A DNA stretch of 64,000 nucleotides from Cyanobacteria bacterium P01_A01_bin.123. GTDB taxonomy: Bacteria; Cyanobacteriota; Cyanobacteriia; Phormidesmidales; Phormidesmidaceae. The notes under the pieces were generated by a model. The model did not search any database and had not been told where the DNA came from. It saw only the letters and a list, made by a program, of their open reading frames with translations. Of the stretch, positions 28,837 to 38,634 are shown piece after piece. The stretch is taken from assembly GCA_039815185.1 (NCBI GenBank), contig JBCBZT010000032.1, forward strand, positions 1-64,000. The letters are read 5' to 3'. Both the position numbers and the translations under genes were made by a program. Each line of letters begins with the position of its first letter. The first letter of the stretch is position 1.

Positions 28837-29532
28837 TCAACCTTTCAGGTTGAGTTGGTTTGCGGTGTCTCTTGTTTGAGCCACGAAAGCATCGAGAAGA
28901 GGTTTGCCAAACTGTATCAGTGAATCCACGATTTCCTTACCTGCTGTTTCTGGCGTACCTGCATTGAAGGGTGGGTCAGGCGTATATTCCATCATCAATT
29001 GCGTTATCTTCGCTACCTCTTCACCACAAAGCAAGCCCAACAGCGTTAATCCAAAATCGATCCCTGAAGTGACACCAGCCCCCGTAACGCGATCGCGGTC
29101 AATCACAACCCGCTGAGGCAAAACTTCAACTCCCAGCATTGCCAGTTGATCTCGAAACGCCCAGTGGCAGGTGGCTTTGTAGCCTTGTAATAAACTTGCT
29201 GCCGCCAAAATTATCGAACCTGTGCATACACTCGTCACGTATTGAGCGGATTTTGACTGCTGTTGTAGAAAGTCTAAAATTTCAGGGTCTTTCATGACTT
29301 CAATCTGTCCCATCCCTCCACCTGGAACACAAATCACATCCAGAGGTGGGCAATTCGCCAGGGTTACAGTTGGAGAAAAGATGAGGCCCTCGTTGCTGGT
29401 GATGGGGGTCAGAGTTTTCCAGATCAAATGCACTTGTGTATTGGTTGGAAAAGCGAGAACTTGATACGCTCCCATCACATCAAGCTGAACGACATCAGGA
29501 TAAACGAGAAATCCAATTTGTAATTGAGACAT
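28837..29532 (-). CDS. DJ-1/PfpI family protein (InhA/isonitrile hydratase-like)
   Basis: DVICVPGG; TSVCTGS; ATCHW; GAGVTSGIDFGL; EYTPDPPFNAG. Confidence 0.92.
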   Translation of the reverse strand: MSQLQIGFLVYPDVVQLDVMGAYQVLAFPTNTQVHLIWKTLTPITSNEGLIFSPTVTLANCPPLDVICVPGGGMGQIEVMKDPEILDFLQQQSKSAQYVTSVCTGSIILAAASLLQGYKATCHWAFRDQLAMLGVEVLPQRVVIDRDRVTGAGVTSGIDFGLTLLGLLCGEEVAKITQLMMEYTPDPPFNAGTPETAGKEIVDSLIQFGKPLLDAFVAQTRDTANQLNLKG

Positions 29533-29625
29533 TATCCTCTGTATGTTTGAAACGTCTGGTTGTGGAACGATTGTAGGGAAAGCCAGTCAACGCCGATAGT
29601 CCTCAAGTGGGTACACTTCTAGCCT

Positions 29626-30339
29626 ATGCCTCGCTCTCTTTACCCGTTTTTCCAAGCGATCGCCACTGCACCAACTGAGCAAGCACTGCGGTTCAGGGTG
29701 ATGGATAGTGTCAGCGAGTATTTCGGGGTACAGCGCTGGGGAATTTATCTTCTAGATGCAGATAACGGCTTAGCCAGCATTGACACAAGAGGGGTGTCAG
29801 ATACGTTTGTTGAACAGTATCAAAAGTTTGGTAAATCTGTTGATCCAGTCTTGAAGTATGTTTTGGAATACCACACTCCGGCTCATGAAGAATTGGTTTT
29901 GCCTAAAGGAACCTGGAAACAGAGTGAGTTGTATAAACGATGTTGTTCTACCTATGATCATGAGCATATTATGACGGGGCCACTGGTTGGGCGCGGTCAG
30001 TTAGTTGGCACAATCAACTTTGCTCGTATTGGTCATGTCCCTGCATTTAATCAGTTTGATCTTTCTAGTTTAGGAGCAGTTTGTACCCACTTCTCTGCAC
30101 GTCTTGCTGAACTGCGCAAACCTCCCTTGATGCCTAACCCAATTAGGAATCGTCTTACACCAAGGGAAATTCAGATTGCTAATCTTGTTGCAAAAGGGCT
30201 AACCAATGCAGAAATTGGTGCGGAGTTGTGGATTACTCAGAATTCTGTCAAACAAGCCCTAAAGCGCATGTTTCGGAAATTAGGAGTTGCTGCCCGGACG
30301 GAGATGGTAGCAAAATTGAAAGATATACTTTCAACATGA
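29626..30339 (+). CDS. LuxR-family regulator with N-terminal GAF-like sensor
   Basis: C-terminal LTPREIQIANLVAKGLTNAEIGAELWIT; divergent from the DJ-1 gene. Confidence 0.9.
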   Translation: MPRSLYPFFQAIATAPTEQALRFRVMDSVSEYFGVQRWGIYLLDADNGLASIDTRGVSDTFVEQYQKFGKSVDPVLKYVLEYHTPAHEELVLPKGTWKQSELYKRCCSTYDHEHIMTGPLVGRGQLVGTINFARIGHVPAFNQFDLSSLGAVCTHFSARLAELRKPPLMPNPIRNRLTPREIQIANLVAKGLTNAEIGAELWITQNSVKQALKRMFRKLGVAARTEMVAKLKDILST

Positions 30340-30361
30340 ATGAAGTTAGTGAAGCAGAGCA

Positions 30362-30425
30362 AGATAACAAGTCGATGAAGCGGACGGATGAGGGATCTTG
30401 GCGTAGTTGCGGAGATGATCTATCC
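30362..30425 (+). other. Left arm of a truncated attC-like site
   Basis: AGATAACAAGTCGATGAAGCGGACGG.. just after the LuxR stop resembles the R''/L'' arm of attC sites; no matching right arm is visible. Confidence 0.55.
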
Positions 30426-30588
30426 ATTACGGATGCTCATATGACGGAAACCCACTCGTCGGGGATGAAAAGACATTTCCTGAAGACTATACATAAGGCT
30501 AAAGTGGCGTGGCGACTGATCGGGCCGAGCGGTAGGGGATATGCGATGATCGACCATGTGGAACAACAGGTTTCCAATCGGTTCCGTC

Positions 30589-31257
30589 ATGTCGACTGAC
30601 CGGACGGCGCTCTTCAAGTTTGGCGGCGGAGCATTCGTCATCAGCGGTGTGCTCTTCTTCACCGGATATGGCCTGGATCTCATGGCGGGGCCACCGCCGC
30701 CCACTGGTGTGGAGATCCTCGACTGGGTCGAGGCAAACAAACTTGTGCTCTCGCTTGTTAGCGAAGTCTTGTTCTTTGCGACCACGTTACTAGTTCCTGC
30801 GCTGATCGCCCTCTACCTGTGCCTCGCGAAGGAATCGCAGATCCTCGCCGCGACGGGTTGCTGGATCCTCGCCATCATTGTCCCCGTTCTCAGCGTCCTC
30901 ACCATCGTTCAAGGACGGTTGGTCTATCCCGTCTACGGCCTCTACATCCGTGACCCCGCAGTTGCCGAGTTCGTCGTCGCGCTCTTCTACGGTGGCCTGC
31001 ACGTGGTCGGTCTCTTGATGGCGGTCGCCACTTTCGTACTGAGCTTGGCCATGAGGCGCGGAGCGTTTGGCGCACGCGTCGCCGTGCTCGGCTTTGCCAC
31101 CGCTGTGGGAGACGTGGTTTGGTCGTATCCGTATTTGATTAGCCCGGTGGTCCAATTCGGGTGTCAGCTCCTGTTAGCGGCCTGGTTAGCCGCTGTTGGC
31201 TGGAAGCTCTTTAGGATTCACAGGCAGAACGGCGAACAGCATGAGACCCACGATTAG
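30589..31257 (+). CDS. Multi-TM membrane protein (DUF4386-like), GC-rich and HIP1-free
   Basis: About six hydrophobic helices; GC visibly higher than neighbours. Confidence 0.75.
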   Translation: MSTDRTALFKFGGGAFVISGVLFFTGYGLDLMAGPPPPTGVEILDWVEANKLVLSLVSEVLFFATTLLVPALIALYLCLAKESQILAATGCWILAIIVPVLSVLTIVQGRLVYPVYGLYIRDPAVAEFVVALFYGGLHVVGLLMAVATFVLSLAMRRGAFGARVAVLGFATAVGDVVWSYPYLISPVVQFGCQLLLAAWLAAVGWKLFRIHRQNGEQHETHD

Positions 31258-31500
31258 CTAACTATCACAAGGCATAACCGGATTCTTCTGTTCCCGATAG
31301 TCCCGCAACTCAGCCACCAAACCATTCGCAGCCTCATCCCCCGTCGCAAGCAATCCCAGCGCCTCTAAAATCGTCTCCATCTCCTCTTCAGATAGATAGC
31401 TGGCACACCCACTACTTAACGGAACTGGCAAATCCAACTCGTGAGTTTGAGCCATTTGAATCAAGCGATCGGTCGTTTCCAACGGAATCACAGTAACCAT
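31258..31500 (-). CDS. Small acidic hypothetical protein downstream of the cellulose synthase gene
   Basis: 80 aa from ATG at 31500 with GGAG RBS. Confidence 0.6.
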   Translation of the reverse strand: MVTVIPLETTDRLIQMAQTHELDLPVPLSSGCASYLSEEEMETILEALGLLATGDEAANGLVAELRDYREQKNPVMPCDS

Positions 31501-31570
31501 AGAAATCTCCTTGGCCCCAATTTTGAATTTCAGATTGCTTACACCGATTAGATCTGGCTTAGCCAACGGC

Positions 31571-33817
31571 CTAGCCCCGGCTCACGATCACAGGCTTTGG
31601 CTCCACCCGCCGCTCTACCAAAAAGCGGGGTCTAAACACCGATTTGAGAATCAACCACAGTGACTGCACTTCATTGGGCGAACATCGGCTTTGCCATTGC
31701 CCCGGACGGCAAAATAGCAACTCTACCAACCGCCTTTGCTGCGGCAACGTCAATGATGAAAACTCGATAGTTAGCGTCGGCAGTCCGTCTTGAGTGCGGG
31801 TTTGCACTACCCGTCCGGGTAGCGTAACCTGCTCATCCACCAACTCCACCTCAATCGCTTGAGCATCAACAGTTTCTGGCAGGAAGTCACTCGCCTTCGT
31901 CAACGCTATCTCTACGCCCACCTCTGAAATCATGGTTGTGGTGCCCCAAAACGCCGCCCCGTCTCTATCGGGGGACGTGAGCTTCAGCTTGGCAATCCGT
32001 TTTACGTTAAACCACTCATAAGGGCTAGGTCGGGGCGCATCTAGCAAAATCAGTAGCGCTAGCCCCAGCATCAGTAGGTTGTAAGTGCTCCAAATCCAGC
32101 CAATGCCAAGCCCGCGCAGGTGATCAACCGGATTTGCCATCGTTACCAGGCATTGCCCCAAATTGATCCATAAGCTCAGCGCCGTCAGCCCAAACACAAT
32201 CACTAAAGGCCAAGCTAAAGACCAATTGAAATGGTAGCGATCGCTCGCCGTCCCTTTTGGCGTCACCTTAAAGCCCTTGCTAAACGGTCGCACCATTACC
32301 TGAAAAACCGTCAACGCCAGGGGAAATGCCAGCACTAGCGAATAAACATCAGAGAGTAGGGCAGAGCGCGATCGATAGTTCAGCCATGAAAACACGCTGA
32401 GCTGTACCAGATAAAAGGGCACAAAGAAGTACACCAATTCTGATTCTGTTGCCCGCAGGGGAATGATGCCGAGAAACGCATAGGCCAACGGCATTAGCAG
32501 AAAGCCGACCCGGGCAATACTGCTAAACCAGTGAATTAACCCTTCAAAGTACGCCAATCGCTGAATCGGATTGAGACCGCGAATCGTGATCGGGTTGGAT
32601 TTAATGAAAAAGGCTTGTAGGGTGCCTTGCTCCCAGCGAATCCGCTGTAAAGCATGGGATGCAATGTTTTCTGCGGCCAGTCCAGCGCTCAATTTCTCAT
32701 TCAGATAGACCAATCGATTCCCCTTAGCCGCCAACTGAATGCCGGTAAAGAAGTCTTCACTGACCGCTTCAGTCACAAAGCCGCCGACTTCTTCCAAGGC
32801 AGTGCGCCGCAGGACGAAGGATGTGCCTGCACAAACAACCGCCCCAGCGCCATCTCTGACGCGCTGAATCTGTCGATAAAAGACCTCTTCTTCAGGGGTC
32901 AGCACGTCTTCTAAGCCCAGATTGCGGGCGATGGGGTCGGGGTTGTAAAAGCTCTGGGGGGTTTGCACTAGGGCCACTTTGGGGTCCTGAAAAAAGCCAA
33001 TCGTGCGGGTGAGAAAATTCTTGGTCGGTACGAAGTCAGCATCGAATAGAACCAGCAATTCGCCGTGGGTTTGGGGAATCGCATGGTTGAGGTTTCCTGC
33101 TTTGGCATGGCGGTTGTCGGGGCGGGTGAGGTATTCACAACCCAGTTCTTCTGCTAAGGCTTTGATGGCTGGACGGCGAGTATCATCTAGCAAATAAACG
33201 GTTTTGGGTTCGTACTCCATTGCCTGACAGCCAATCACCGTACGCCGCAGGATGAATTCTGGCTCATCGTAGGTGGGAATCAACACATCAACCGTAGGCC
33301 GATAGGCGCCACTACTAACGGTTTGCGCCAGTTGGTCGGCGGCTTTGCGGCGATCGCGAACGCGCAGCAATAAAAATAGCTGGACAATCCCGCTAAACAG
33401 AATCAGCAATTCCAGGGAAAACAAGCCCAAACTAAAAATGCCATCCAAAGGGGTGCTGAGATTTAAGGTTGATGTGGTTCGCCAAACCAGATATCGAACG
33501 GTGAGAACTCCCAGAATGCCGACGACGATTGTGCGGGACCAGGTTTGAGGGGTGGGAGAGATCCGCATGATCACCCATACCAACACCATCAGCGAAGCGG
33601 CCCAAGCAAGAAAGTAGTGCCCGACCATCATCGGGGTCATGGCCCAACCGGGGGGATGCTGCTGCAGATAATCCAGTTGATCAAAAATAGTCGTAATCAG
33701 ACCGTTGCCGGTAAACCAGGCGATCGCGATTAAAGCTGCGATCGCTAACGTGCCAATCATCAATACCGTTGCCAGTTGGGGTCGAAACAGTCCCCGTTTG
33801 AGTTGCGCAGAAGTCAT
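31571..33817 (-). CDS. bcsA: Cellulose synthase catalytic subunit-like GT2 with C-terminal PilZ-like region
   Basis: VDVLIPTYDE; YLLDD; HAKAGNLN; FDADF; QTPQSFY; SED; QRIRW. Confidence 0.88.
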   Translation of the reverse strand: MTSAQLKRGLFRPQLATVLMIGTLAIAALIAIAWFTGNGLITTIFDQLDYLQQHPPGWAMTPMMVGHYFLAWAASLMVLVWVIMRISPTPQTWSRTIVVGILGVLTVRYLVWRTTSTLNLSTPLDGIFSLGLFSLELLILFSGIVQLFLLLRVRDRRKAADQLAQTVSSGAYRPTVDVLIPTYDEPEFILRRTVIGCQAMEYEPKTVYLLDDTRRPAIKALAEELGCEYLTRPDNRHAKAGNLNHAIPQTHGELLVLFDADFVPTKNFLTRTIGFFQDPKVALVQTPQSFYNPDPIARNLGLEDVLTPEEEVFYRQIQRVRDGAGAVVCAGTSFVLRRTALEEVGGFVTEAVSEDFFTGIQLAAKGNRLVYLNEKLSAGLAAENIASHALQRIRWEQGTLQAFFIKSNPITIRGLNPIQRLAYFEGLIHWFSSIARVGFLLMPLAYAFLGIIPLRATESELVYFFVPFYLVQLSVFSWLNYRSRSALLSDVYSLVLAFPLALTVFQVMVRPFSKGFKVTPKGTASDRYHFNWSLAWPLVIVFGLTALSLWINLGQCLVTMANPVDHLRGLGIGWIWSTYNLLMLGLALLILLDAPRPSPYEWFNVKRIAKLKLTSPDRDGAAFWGTTTMISEVGVEIALTKASDFLPETVDAQAIEVELVDEQVTLPGRVVQTRTQDGLPTLTIEFSSLTLPQQRRLVELLFCRPGQWQSRCSPNEVQSLWLILKSVFRPRFLVERRVEPKPVIVSRG

Positions 33818-34292
33818 AGGCGGAGATGGGGTTTACGACAGTTCGAAGATCAGCCCCAGGTAGGTGCTGGCTCTAGTTTACTTTCGCAGTACTCTTTAAA
33901 TTCTGCTTGAGATATTTCTGATAACTGACTGAGAAATATCCTCCAGGCCATAGAAGCCAGCAATGGGTGTGGGTATTTTGTGCAGAGCCGATTCCATCCT
34001 CTTAGGAAAGGATGAAAATTGGCTGAGAAAGACATGAGAGGCGGGCTTATGGGATGGACTGTATTAGAAAAGCGCGCTGTCACCTATTGTCTGAATTTGC
34101 GGCTAACGGCGGCAGTCAACTTCAAATTGGCGCATAGTAGGGATTGAGATCTGTCTCTGCGATTTAATAGCAGTCGTTAGTTCTATTTAAGACATGACTG
34201 CGAACCAGATTGCTTGTGGACTCAGCATCCCAGCGATACTCGGTGCATTAAGCAAGCTGGCCAGCGTTATATTCCTATTTCAATTAGACTTG

Positions 34293-34631
34293 ATGGCTAA
34301 ATCAATTTCCGTGACATCAGTGCCCGTTGAAGATGGGTTCCATGCCCTAGCCGATCCGCTGCGGGTGCAAGTGATTGAACTCCTGCGGGACCATGAACTG
34401 TGTGTTTGTGATCTCTGCGATCGCCTTGATGTCCGCCAATCCAAGCTTTCATTCCACCTGAAAACCCTAAAAGCTGCCGACTTAATTCGCGGACGGCAGC
34501 AGGGGCGATGGATTTACTACAGCTTAAATTTGCCGCAGTTTGCGGTGCTAGAGCAGTATTTATCAGAGTTCCGCCGATTGAGCCCCATGCTGCCTGCCCG
34601 AATTTGCCCTGAGGATGAACCTTCTGAATAA
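34293..34631 (+). CDS. arsR: ArsR/SmtB family repressor
   Basis: FHALADPLR; ELCVCDL; QSKLSFHLK; RQQGRWIYYSL. Confidence 0.92.
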   Translation: MAKSISVTSVPVEDGFHALADPLRVQVIELLRDHELCVCDLCDRLDVRQSKLSFHLKTLKAADLIRGRQQGRWIYYSLNLPQFAVLEQYLSEFRRLSPMLPARICPEDEPSE

Positions 34632-34657
34632 GAGTTGTGTTCCATAAAACCGCACAA

Positions 34658-34673
34658 ATCAACTTTTTTTGAT
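34658..34673 (+). promoter_or_regulatory. ArsR operator ATCAA-N6-TTGAT
   Basis: ATCAACTTTTTTTGAT upstream of gap-arsJ, matching the cyanobacterial ArsR site consensus. Confidence 0.8.
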
Positions 34674-34713
34674 TTAATGATTGTCATAGGTACCTATACC
34701 CATCGGGCTGACT

Positions 34714-35736
34714 ATGACAGAAATTGGGACAAAAGTTGCAATCAATGGCTTTGGCAGAATTGGCCGGTTAGTCTTGCGAGCCGCTTGGCACTGGCCAGAA
34801 TTAGACTTCGTCCACATCAACGAAATTAAAGGCGGTACCGCTGCAGCAGCGCACCTGCTCAAGTTTGACTCTGTCCACGGTCGCTGGGCACCTGAAGTCG
34901 AAGCGGCAGGGAGCGATCGCGTGCTGATTGACGGTTCACCCCTTGGCTTTAGCGAGTACGCCACGCCTGGGGATGTGCCCTGGGATGACCTGGGTGTGGA
35001 TCTCGTGCTGGAATGTTCCGGCAAGTTTCGGACGCCAGAATTGCTGGATCCCTACTTCAAGCGGGGGGTACAAAAGGTGATTGTGGCGGCACCCGTTAAA
35101 CAAGGTGCTCTGAATATTGTCTATGGCATTAACGATCATCTCTACAATCCAGCTGAACACCGCCTGTTAACTGCAGCCTCCTGCACTACTAACTGTCTAG
35201 CCCCGGTGGTCAAGGTCATCCACGAAGGGCTGGGGATTAAGCATGGGGTGATCACCACCATTCATGACAACACCAACACCCAAACCATCGTCGATGCGCC
35301 CCATAAAGATTTGCGGCGGGCACGGGCGACCAGCTTGTCTCTCATTCCTACGACGACGGGGTCGGCGACAGCCATTGGTCTGATTTATCCCGAACTCAAT
35401 GGCAAGCTCAACGGTCTGGCCGTGCGGGTGCCGTTGTTGAATGCATCGTTGACGGATTGCGTGTTTGAAGTTGAGCGTTCAACGACGGTTGAAGAAGTCA
35501 ATCAACTGCTGAAGACAGCGGCTGACGAGGAGTTAAACGGCATTCTGGGTTACGAAGAACGTCCCTTGGTTTCTATTGACTACAAGGATGATCCGCGTTC
35601 ATCCATTATCGACGCCCTGTCCACGATGGTGGTTGACGGCACCCAGGTGAAGGTTTTGGCCTGGTATGACAACGAATGGGGCTATGCCAATCGGATGGCA
35701 GAACTGGCTAAGAAAGTTGCGATTTCACTGGCGTAA
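34714..35736 (+). CDS. gap: ArsJ-associated glyceraldehyde-3-phosphate dehydrogenase
   Basis: [28 protein letters not shown]; adjacent to arsJ. Confidence 0.95.
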   Translation: MTEIGTKVAINGFGRIGRLVLRAAWHWPELDFVHINEIKGGTAAAAHLLKFDSVHGRWAPEVEAAGSDRVLIDGSPLGFSEYATPGDVPWDDLGVDLVLECSGKFRTPELLDPYFKRGVQKVIVAAPVKQGALNIVYGINDHLYNPAEHRLLTAASCTTNCLAPVVKVIHEGLGIKHGVITTIHDNTNTQTIVDAPHKDLRRARATSLSLIPTTTGSATAIGLIYPELNGKLNGLAVRVPLLNASLTDCVFEVERSTTVEEVNQLLKTAADEELNGILGYEERPLVSIDYKDDPRSSIIDALSTMVVDGTQVKVLAWYDNEWGYANRMAELAKKVAISLA

Positions 35737-35753
35737 TTCAATCAGGAAAAACA

Positions 35754-37007
35754 ATGACCTCTTCTACCACCTTTGATCAAGCTGGGGTTCGCAACTATGC
35801 CCTGGTTACTGCTGCCTACTGGGGATTTACTGTCACTGATGGTGCCCTGCGAATGTTGGTGCTGCTCTATTTCCATACCTTGGGCTATACGCCGTTGGAA
35901 GTGGCGATGCTGTTTTTGTTCTACGAAATCTTTGGCATTGTCACGAACCTCTTGGGCGGTTGGATTGGAGCCCGCTTTGGGGTAAAGCTAACGCTTTATG
36001 GCGGTATTGCCCTGCAAATCGGGGCGTTGTTAATGATGACGCCGGTCAATGAAACCTGGGCGATCGCGATTGCAGTCCCCTATGTGATGCTGGCCCAGGC
36101 GATTTCAGGGATTGCCAAAGACCTAACCAAGATGAGTTCTAAAAGCGCCATTCGATTGGTGATTCCCCAAGAGGCGCAGTCATCACTTTTCAAGTGGGTG
36201 GCGATTCTCACGGGGTCCAAAAATGCCCTCAAAGGGGTGGGCTTTTTCCTCGGCAGTTTGCTGTTAGCGGTGTTTGGTTATGTCAATGCCTTGTTAATTA
36301 TGGCTGCTGCATTATTCCTCATCCTGCTTTCAAGTCCTTTATTGCCATCAGGCATGGGCAAACTCAAGGCTAAGGTGAAATTTCGCCAGATCTTTTCTAA
36401 GAGTCAGGCGATCAACATTTTGTCGGCAGCGCGCTTCTTCCTGTTCGGGGCACGGGATGTGTGGTTTGTGGTCGGGTTACCCGTGTTTCTCTACGGCGGT
36501 TTGAACTGGTCGTTTGAACAGGTGGGTGGATTTCTGGCGATTTGGGTGATTGGCTACGGTATTGTTCAGTCCATGGCCCCAACCTTACTGAGACGATTTG
36601 GTTCAGGGCGACCCCCCCAGGCTGGCACCATTCGGTTTTGGACCGGGGTGTTGACGGCGATTCCAGTCGCGATCGCGATCGCGCTCCAAGCTCAATTCCC
36701 CCCCGGACAAACCATTGTGGTGGGTCTGATGATTTTTGGCGTTGTCTTTGCCTTCAATTCAGCCGTGCATTCTTACCTGGTCTTGGCCTACACCGAAGAC
36801 GATCAGGTCTCATTAAATGTCGGCTTCTACTACATGGCTAATTCAGGAGGGAGGTTAGCCGGAACAGTATTGTCGGGGTTAATTTTCCAGCTTTTTGGAT
36901 TGGTGGGATGTTTGTGGACGTCAGCGGTGTTTGTGCTGTTAGCCGCGTTGGTGACCTTAAAGTTGCCCAATCCCCGACTGCCTAGGGCTGAAGTAGGGGG
37001 TGTTTAA
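35754..37007 (+). CDS. arsJ: Organoarsenical efflux MFS transporter ArsJ
   Basis: YWGFTVTDGALRMLVLLYFH; SGIAKDLTKMSSKSAI; LTGSKNALKG; NVGFYYMAN. Confidence 0.93.
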   Translation: MTSSTTFDQAGVRNYALVTAAYWGFTVTDGALRMLVLLYFHTLGYTPLEVAMLFLFYEIFGIVTNLLGGWIGARFGVKLTLYGGIALQIGALLMMTPVNETWAIAIAVPYVMLAQAISGIAKDLTKMSSKSAIRLVIPQEAQSSLFKWVAILTGSKNALKGVGFFLGSLLLAVFGYVNALLIMAAALFLILLSSPLLPSGMGKLKAKVKFRQIFSKSQAINILSAARFFLFGARDVWFVVGLPVFLYGGLNWSFEQVGGFLAIWVIGYGIVQSMAPTLLRRFGSGRPPQAGTIRFWTGVLTAIPVAIAIALQAQFPPGQTIVVGLMIFGVVFAFNSAVHSYLVLAYTEDDQVSLNVGFYYMANSGGRLAGTVLSGLIFQLFGLVGCLWTSAVFVLLAALVTLKLPNPRLPRAEVGGV

Positions 37008-37087
37008 CCAGAGGACCGCGATCGCCTGTTCGTAGACTGTCGAGGTGCTTAGCACCAGAACATCATCTTCACCGCCAAGCCCCCACG

Positions 37088-37105
37088 TTAGAATGGTTGC
37101 TCAAC
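37088..37105 (-). promoter_or_regulatory. Putative TetR operator, copy 1
   Basis: Reverse complement GTTGAGCAACCATTCTAA resembles copies 2-4. Confidence 0.55.
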
Positions 37106-37143
37106 TAGACATTTTTTGGGCATCTTTGGGGCATTTTTGGGCT

Positions 37144-37761
37144 ATGGCGAACCTCAAGCGAACCCGTGAGGACATTTTAGAAGCCGTTATTGATACCGTC
37201 CATCGCCAAGGCTTGACGGCAACCAAGTTGAGTGAACTTTTTCATCTGAGTGGCGCCTCTGCCGGTAGCTTCTATAACTACTTTGACTCTAAACAAGAAC
37301 TCGGCCATGCCCTAATCGACTGGGAGTGGAAACTGCTACAACAGCAAGTTCTAGAACCGTCTGCGGAATTGTCTTCGACCCCCATCGCGCAAATCTTCTG
37401 GATCTTGGATGCCTTAGAAGCAAAACAACGCCGTGATCCCTTTTGTGGCGGTTGTTTGCTCGGTAATTTGGTGGTTGACCTGGTGGAGCAGGACGCCACC
37501 TTTCGTGATCATCTGATGAGAATCTTTAATCGTTGGGAAGGCGCGATCGCCCAAATTCTACGCCAGGGTAAATCCGAGCTATGCCCTGGAGCCGATCCCG
37601 ACATCCTGGCTGAACAAATTATGACGGTCGTCGAGGGAGCCATGCTGATGGGTAAACTGCACCGCGACTCAAACCGCCTCAAGCGCAATTTCGACATCGC
37701 CCGGCAACTCGTCAAACAAGCCCTGAAATCACCCCTAATCCCCCCGTCCCCTGGCATTTAG
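37144..37761 (+). CDS. TetR/AcrR family regulator (LmrA/NemR-like)
   Basis: N-terminal HTH GSFYNYFDSKQELG; GGCLLGNL motif. Confidence 0.92.
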   Translation: MANLKRTREDILEAVIDTVHRQGLTATKLSELFHLSGASAGSFYNYFDSKQELGHALIDWEWKLLQQQVLEPSAELSSTPIAQIFWILDALEAKQRRDPFCGGCLLGNLVVDLVEQDATFRDHLMRIFNRWEGAIAQILRQGKSELCPGADPDILAEQIMTVVEGAMLMGKLHRDSNRLKRNFDIARQLVKQALKSPLIPPSPGI

Positions 37762-37841
37762 AGTAAGCATTCTAATAAAAGTCATGAAACCTAGATTTCC
37801 CAAAGGGGAATCTCCTGATTAAGATAGAGTGAGTATTCTAA
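37758..37841 (+). promoter_or_regulatory. Putative TetR operators, copies 2 and 3
   Basis: TTAGAGTAAGCATTCTAA (37758-37775) and ATAGAGTGAGTATTCTAA (37824-37841). Confidence 0.65.
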
Positions 37842-37855
37842 TCAAGGGGATTGTG

Positions 37856-38401
37856 ATGTCTGACGCTACAACAGCCACCGCTCAAGTTAATGTGCCTTTA
37901 ACCCCCATTCCCGCAGAGCAGCTTAAGGAATTGGGCGAGAACAATCGGGCCAATCAAGCAGACAAGACGCTGCGCGTTAAAACGGTGTGCGATCGCAAGT
38001 TCCGCAGCCTCAACTACGCCCGTGATCTTGATCCCTTCGTGATTGACGAGCCCCCGGTTTTACTGGGCGACAACACCGCACCCAACCCGTCTGAAATTGT
38101 CCTAGGGGCGTTTGGCTCTTGCCTGGTCGTGGGCATTCAGGCAAATGCTGCGGCTCGAGGCATTGCCTTGACTAAGCTAGAAATTGCCCTAGAAGGGGAC
38201 ATCAATATTACCAGCACCTGGGGTACGGGCGAGTTGGCTAAACCGCAAATTGGCTTTACCGATGTGCGGGTCAAAGTTGAGATTGAAGGGGATGCGCCCC
38301 AGGATGTCCTAGAAGAAATGGTGGCCCATGCCAACGAGTGGTCCCCTGTGTCGGCAACCCTACAAAACCCAATGCCTGTCTCCGTTGAGATGGTCAAGTG
38401 A
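37856..38401 (+). CDS. OsmC/Ohr-fold protein
   Basis: IDEPPVLLGDNTAPNPSEIVLGAFGSCL; WSPVSATL. Confidence 0.88.
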   Translation: MSDATTATAQVNVPLTPIPAEQLKELGENNRANQADKTLRVKTVCDRKFRSLNYARDLDPFVIDEPPVLLGDNTAPNPSEIVLGAFGSCLVVGIQANAAARGIALTKLEIALEGDINITSTWGTGELAKPQIGFTDVRVKVEIEGDAPQDVLEEMVAHANEWSPVSATLQNPMPVSVEMVK

Positions 38402-38634
38402 GCCGGTGAGGTAGGGATTTTAACAAACGTGAAGTTGAACGACCGTTAAAGTACCAAGAGAGGAAACTTCGTTATCCCGATTCCCTCTCCTGCCCGATTC
38501 CCCCTCCTGTTAAAGGCTTTCCGTCAAATCCAGACCCTTTGTTTTTTGTGGACACGCTCAGGACTCATCCTGGGTTGAGTGGTCATAGACATGTCCATCG
38601 CAACCGTTTAATTCTTCTAATCCTATTTTGAGTG

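Noticed and set aside
33850..34083. 77-aa ORF upstream of bcsA
   Set aside because: No recognisable motif or start context
38476..38509. Two ~17-bp tandem copies (CCCGATTCCCYCTCCTG) as a CRISPR or operator
   Set aside because: Only two adjacent copies with no spacers; common cyanobacterial short repeat
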